This document shows positions 59,525 to 64,000 of a DNA stretch of 64,000 bases, in pieces. The DNA comes from Eledone cirrhosa. Lineage: Eukaryota. Under the pieces are notes generated by a model. That model was not told the DNA's origin, searched no databases, and saw only the letters and a list, made by a program, of their open reading frames with translations. A program made the translations under genes and the position numbers. The stretch covers positions 22,382,001-22,446,000 of the forward strand of contig OZ024760.1 in assembly GCA_964016885.1 (NCBI GenBank), in the 5' to 3' direction. Every line of letters starts with the position of its first letter. Position 1 is the stretch's first letter.

Positions 59525-61292
59525 ATCATATCCACTGCCTCTTTCCTTTCTGAAACCACACTCCCACTCAGGTAACAATTTCAAAACAATCTTTGAGATC
59601 AATCTAGCCATCAAAATTCGACACATGACTTTACCAACTACTGAATGAAGTTATATGCCACGATAATTGCCACATTTAACTTTCTCAACCTTTACTTTAT
59701 GGAGAATCACCACGAGTGCATCGATCCAATCTTGTGCGATTCTCATCTTCCCACACCTTTTTCAGGAGGTCAGTCAGATGCTGCGTGAAATTTCACCACC
59801 GCACTTCAAAACCTCTGCACTCAGACCATCCATACAAGGAGACTTACCACAGTTCAGCTTATACACAACAGATGTCACTTCTGCAAGAGAAGGTAGACCA
59901 GCCATCTCCTGATTCACTGGTTCAATTGGAATGCAGCAAATGAGTTCAACCTGGGATGGTTGGTCCAAGAGCTCATCTTTTTCAGGAGGTCAGTCAGATG
60001 CTGCGTGAAGTTTCACCACCGCACTTCAAAACCTCTGCACTCAGACCATCCATACAAGGAGACTTACCACAGTTCAGCTTATACACAACAGATGTCACTT
60101 CTGCAAGAGAAGGTAGATCAGCCATCTCCTGCTTCACTGGTTCAATTGGAATGCAGCAAATGAGTTCAACCTGGGATGGTTGGTCCAAGAGCTCATCTTT
60201 TTCAGGAGGTCAGTCAGATGCTGCGTGAAGTTTCACCACCGCACTTCAAAACCTCTGCACTCAGACCATCCATACAAGGAGACTTACCACAGTTCAGCTT
60301 ATACACAACAGATGTCACTTCTGCAAGAGAAGGTAGATCAGCCATCTCCTGCTTCACTGGTTCAATTGGAATGCAGCAAATGAGTTCAACCTGGGATGGT
60401 TGGTCCAAGAGCTCATCTTTTTCAGGAGGTCAGTCAGATGCTGCGTGAAGTTTCACCACCGCACTTCAAAACCTTTGCACTCAGACCATCCATACAAGGA
60501 GACTTACCACAGTTCAGCTTATACACAACAGATGTCACTTCTGCAAGAGAAGGTAGATCAGCTATCTCCTGCTTCATTGGTTCAATTGGAATGCAGCAAA
60601 TGAGTTCATCAACCTGGGATGGTTGGTTCAAGAGCTCATCGAAGGGATTTCTACATCTGTCGAGTATGTCTTTTGGATCGCGCAGTAACTGCTTGCCATC
60701 TTTCGATCTCAAAGGTGCCACTAGTGAGCTGAAAGGGCCATATACTTCTCTGAGTAGAGAGTGCAGCAATTTCCCATTGTTGCCATCAGATGCCGCTTGA
60801 ACCTCATATGCTTTGTTGCTCCACCAGTTATTTTGTATGGCCCTGAGTTTCACCTGAACTTAATTCTTTACCTATCGTATTTAAGAAGTGTATCGAGTGC
60901 CTTTTGTTTTCTTGTCCAGCAGAGCCTTGACCTCCTGGTCATTCTCATCAAACCAGTATTTCTGTTTTCTTGTGACAAAACAAGGACCTCTGCTGAAACA
61001 TCATAACCCGAGTTCCTGATGTTATTCCAGTTGTTCGCACGATCAATACTTTAAACCTGCGACACAGCTCTTCCTTGGCACCTTCTTTCACACGATCTAT
61101 ATTGAAGCGTTTTAGAATCTTGATATCATTTGCTTTTGTTCGAGGTTTGATTACGAAGTTTGCCTTGGCCCGCACCAGTGATGGTCTGTCCAGCACTCTA
61201 CACCACGCAGGACACACACATGCTTGATACCCTTCATGTCACGTTTCTTAGCAAGAACAAAGTCGATCAGATGCCAACCTTTCGAACTATGT
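59525..61292 (-). mobile_element. RTE-BovB-like LINE fragment (APE C-terminus to start of RT), frameshifted, with 4 x 220-bp tandem duplication
   Basis: WHLIDFVL..RD.......RG.ECWTDH (APE); KLR.IQN.WW..KA.EVQ...D......L.EVYGP.....APLRSKDG..L; GKSP..DGL.AEVLK.GG; LPE.ECGFRKERG. Confidence 0.92.
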
Positions 61293-61323
61293 CTATATAT
61301 ATATATATATATATATGTCTCTA

Positions 61324-61393
<70 letters not shown>

Positions 61394-61576
61394 CATTTTG
61401 TGAAGAAACAGAGGATGTGTAGTTGCTGGATAAAGTGTATTTATAAATAAGAAGGCACAAACTAGGGTAGTTTCCCTTCATCAGTTGTCTGCTGGAGATC
61501 ACGGACATTTCTTCGCATTAAAGACAATATGTCTAGCTCCAGTGCATCAATAACTAAAGGAAGTTATTAGAGAAAA

Positions 61577-61660
<84 letters not shown>

Positions 61661-62573
61661 ACAGAAGGGGGAAAAGAAAATATAAAGAAAAAAAAAATGG
61701 AAAAAAAAAGGGAAAAAAACATACCGAAGATGGAAAAAAGAGAAGCACGTCTAGTAGCAACCGAAAGGAAGAAAGGCCAAGTCAACATCAGTTAGTGGAC
61801 TTAAGAACGTACATGCTCAAAGGCAGTTACGGACATTCATCGATAAACTCTCAGAAGATACAACCCCTCAATAGAAAACAGTTGCCCGGAGAAAATAAAA
61901 AAATCGTGAAACGTGAATTGTGGAGGGATTTGTCAGGAATGTTTAACTTAACTGAGGTAGAAATGGTGGGGATAAACGGTATTTGTCGAAGGTCTATACG
62001 AAATACATTCTTTGATATGGTGTGACACAATGAGCAGGTGAAACCAACTCAACTGTATTTGCAATCTGTCAGTAAATACAAGGGGGGGGGGTCGTTTCTT
62101 TCTGAGATTTATGTCGTCTGAACAGATTTTATAAATTAATTTACGTAAATAATTGCCAAGGCCGACCATTGTAAAAAATATCTCACTAAATCCAAAACAC
62201 TAAATGATACAGTATGTTGAATAACTCTTGGACATGTAAATAATTGTATGTATACACACACACACAGATATACTAATATACATATATGTATACATATATA
62301 TATATATACACATACGTATATAAGCTTACATATCTTAGCCCATTCTACTACACCAAGTCTCGAGTATTCTAGTGTGTAATGGTCCAACCAGTTTCTAACT
62401 GAATCCATCCTCATAAAACATACATATATTCATATAAATATATTTAAACATACATACATAAGTATATATACAGATATATTAAATATACATATGTATATAA
62501 TGTGTGTGTATATGTATGTTTAAATATATATATATATGTGTATGTTTATGAATGTATATGTATGCATGTTTAA

Positions 62574-62610
<37 letters not shown>

Positions 62611-62721
62611 AATGTACTTTCACAAAAACCTTGCATATATATATACCTCTCTCTATCTCTCCCCCTCTCTCTCTCTCTCTGTATATATATATATGTGTGT
62701 ATCACTCACTCTCTTTCTCAC

Positions 62722-62791
<70 letters not shown>

Positions 62792-62809
62792 TATATATCT
62801 GACCAGGAA

Positions 62810-63160
62810 TGCTTTTTGTGAGAATCAGTCATATGGAACTATTGTCATCTTGCCTGACGGTTTGAACTTTACAACACCACCTGCCTCTTTGAGGTCAAAT
62901 ACCAACCCTACTAGCATCTACAAACTGACCAATGAGAATTAAGACTATTCCTACTAACAACATTAAATTATTCCTAACAAGCTCATATGTCCCAAGGCTC
63001 TGATACCATCAACACTATAAACACAGAGCTGGCATATCTAGGAACTGACTAACTGCCTGATGAGGTCATAGCCATTCAATGGCTATCCTCGAATATATAT
63101 AGCAGTAAATAAAGGATTATGAGTTCATGCAATTGACTTATGTTTCGTCACTATATAGTT
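62810..63160 (+). mobile_element. HHR element family M, second copy
   Basis: Near-identical to 48711-49061. Confidence 0.9.
63052..63106 (+). ncRNA. Hammerhead family M, one A lost from GAAA
   Basis: actgc CTGATGA ggtcatagcc..ggctatcctc GAA tatata TA gcagt. Confidence 0.6.
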
Positions 63161-63166
63161 ATATAT

Positions 63167-63197
<31 letters not shown>

Positions 63198-63398
63198 TAT
63201 TATACTTGGGGAGGGTCATATTTGTGTAATATTGCCAGAATTAATAACAGAACACACTCACTGTTTGGTTGGTTTTCGCTTCTCACTTCTGTGTCTTTTA
63301 TATCGGTAATCTAACTTACTCGGTCCTCAATGTTGCCATTGACTGACCGACGGTCAAAAATAATACAGATACAATATAGTCACAAACACATATATATA

Positions 63399-63445
63399 GT
63401 TTATCATAAATCTTTCGTTGCACATCTGCAACATCGTCAGTGGTG
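63399..63445 (-). ncRNA. Partial hammerhead-like motif
   Basis: CTGACGA t gttgca gatg tgcaac GAAA; stems I and III not recovered. Confidence 0.35.
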
Positions 63446-63609
63446 TTATATTATCCTCCTGTTGTATTGTATGTCTACGCCATTTTTATTCAGTCTGTCT
63501 ATATATTTATTTATATATATATTTATATATATATATATATATATATAAAACTCGCTCTCTTATATATATATAACTCTCTCATATATATATATTTATAACT
63601 CTCTCTCAT

Positions 63610-63656
<47 letters not shown>

Positions 63657-63878
63657 CCTTAGTATTAACCCTCGTCCTGTGGAGTAAATCAACACTCCCA
63701 CTCAGCGGGACATACATTACTGAGAAACAAAACAGATGTATACACATGTCTGCATAAACGTGCACACACATGCACACACACGTTGATGCACACATACAAG
63801 TAGACACACACACACATGTAGACACAAACACATAAGTAGACACACATGCACACACACGTTGATGTACATATACAAGTA

Positions 63879-63927
<49 letters not shown>

Positions 63928-64000
63928 ACACGTATAAATGCATGTACACAGACGTAGGCAAGCATACACATTCTCTCTTTCTCTTTGTATCTGTGTGAAT

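Noticed and set aside
59505-59525. CTGATGA at the edge of the RTE fragment
   Set aside because: No stems; chance match
61460-61495. Minus-strand CTGATGA aggg aaacta ccct
   Set aside because: Hairpin not followed by GAAA and NUH

Overview
This is eukaryotic, very AT-rich, repeat-saturated DNA, probably intergenic or intronic. The SINE types and huge (TA)n/(CA)n tracts suggest a cephalopod such as an octopus (inference, not a search result). No intact protein-coding gene is visible, and nearly all listed ORFs are microsatellite translations. Recognisable parts are two tRNA-derived SINE families, RTE- and CRE-type LINE fragments (two with tandemly amplified ORF segments), a mariner MITE, a Helentron-like end, 70-71 bp minisatellites and a fold-back 28S rRNA fragment. 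The main signal is that many short unique-looking islands between (TA)n tracts carry type I hammerhead ribozyme (HHR) motifs: stem I-CUGAnGA-stem II-GAAA-palindromic stem III-NUH-stem I. By eye I count about 20 complete or near-complete motifs plus several remnants, in more than 10 sequence families. Many occur as fold-back (inverted) duplications, as expected for non-autonomous Penelope-like (PLE) or retrozyme-type elements. Notable variants are a U3-A8 covariant core, U4C cores, very long stem II inserts, and a 28S rRNA fragment with the same fold-back architecture. All folds were read manually, none is tested, and boundaries are approximate.
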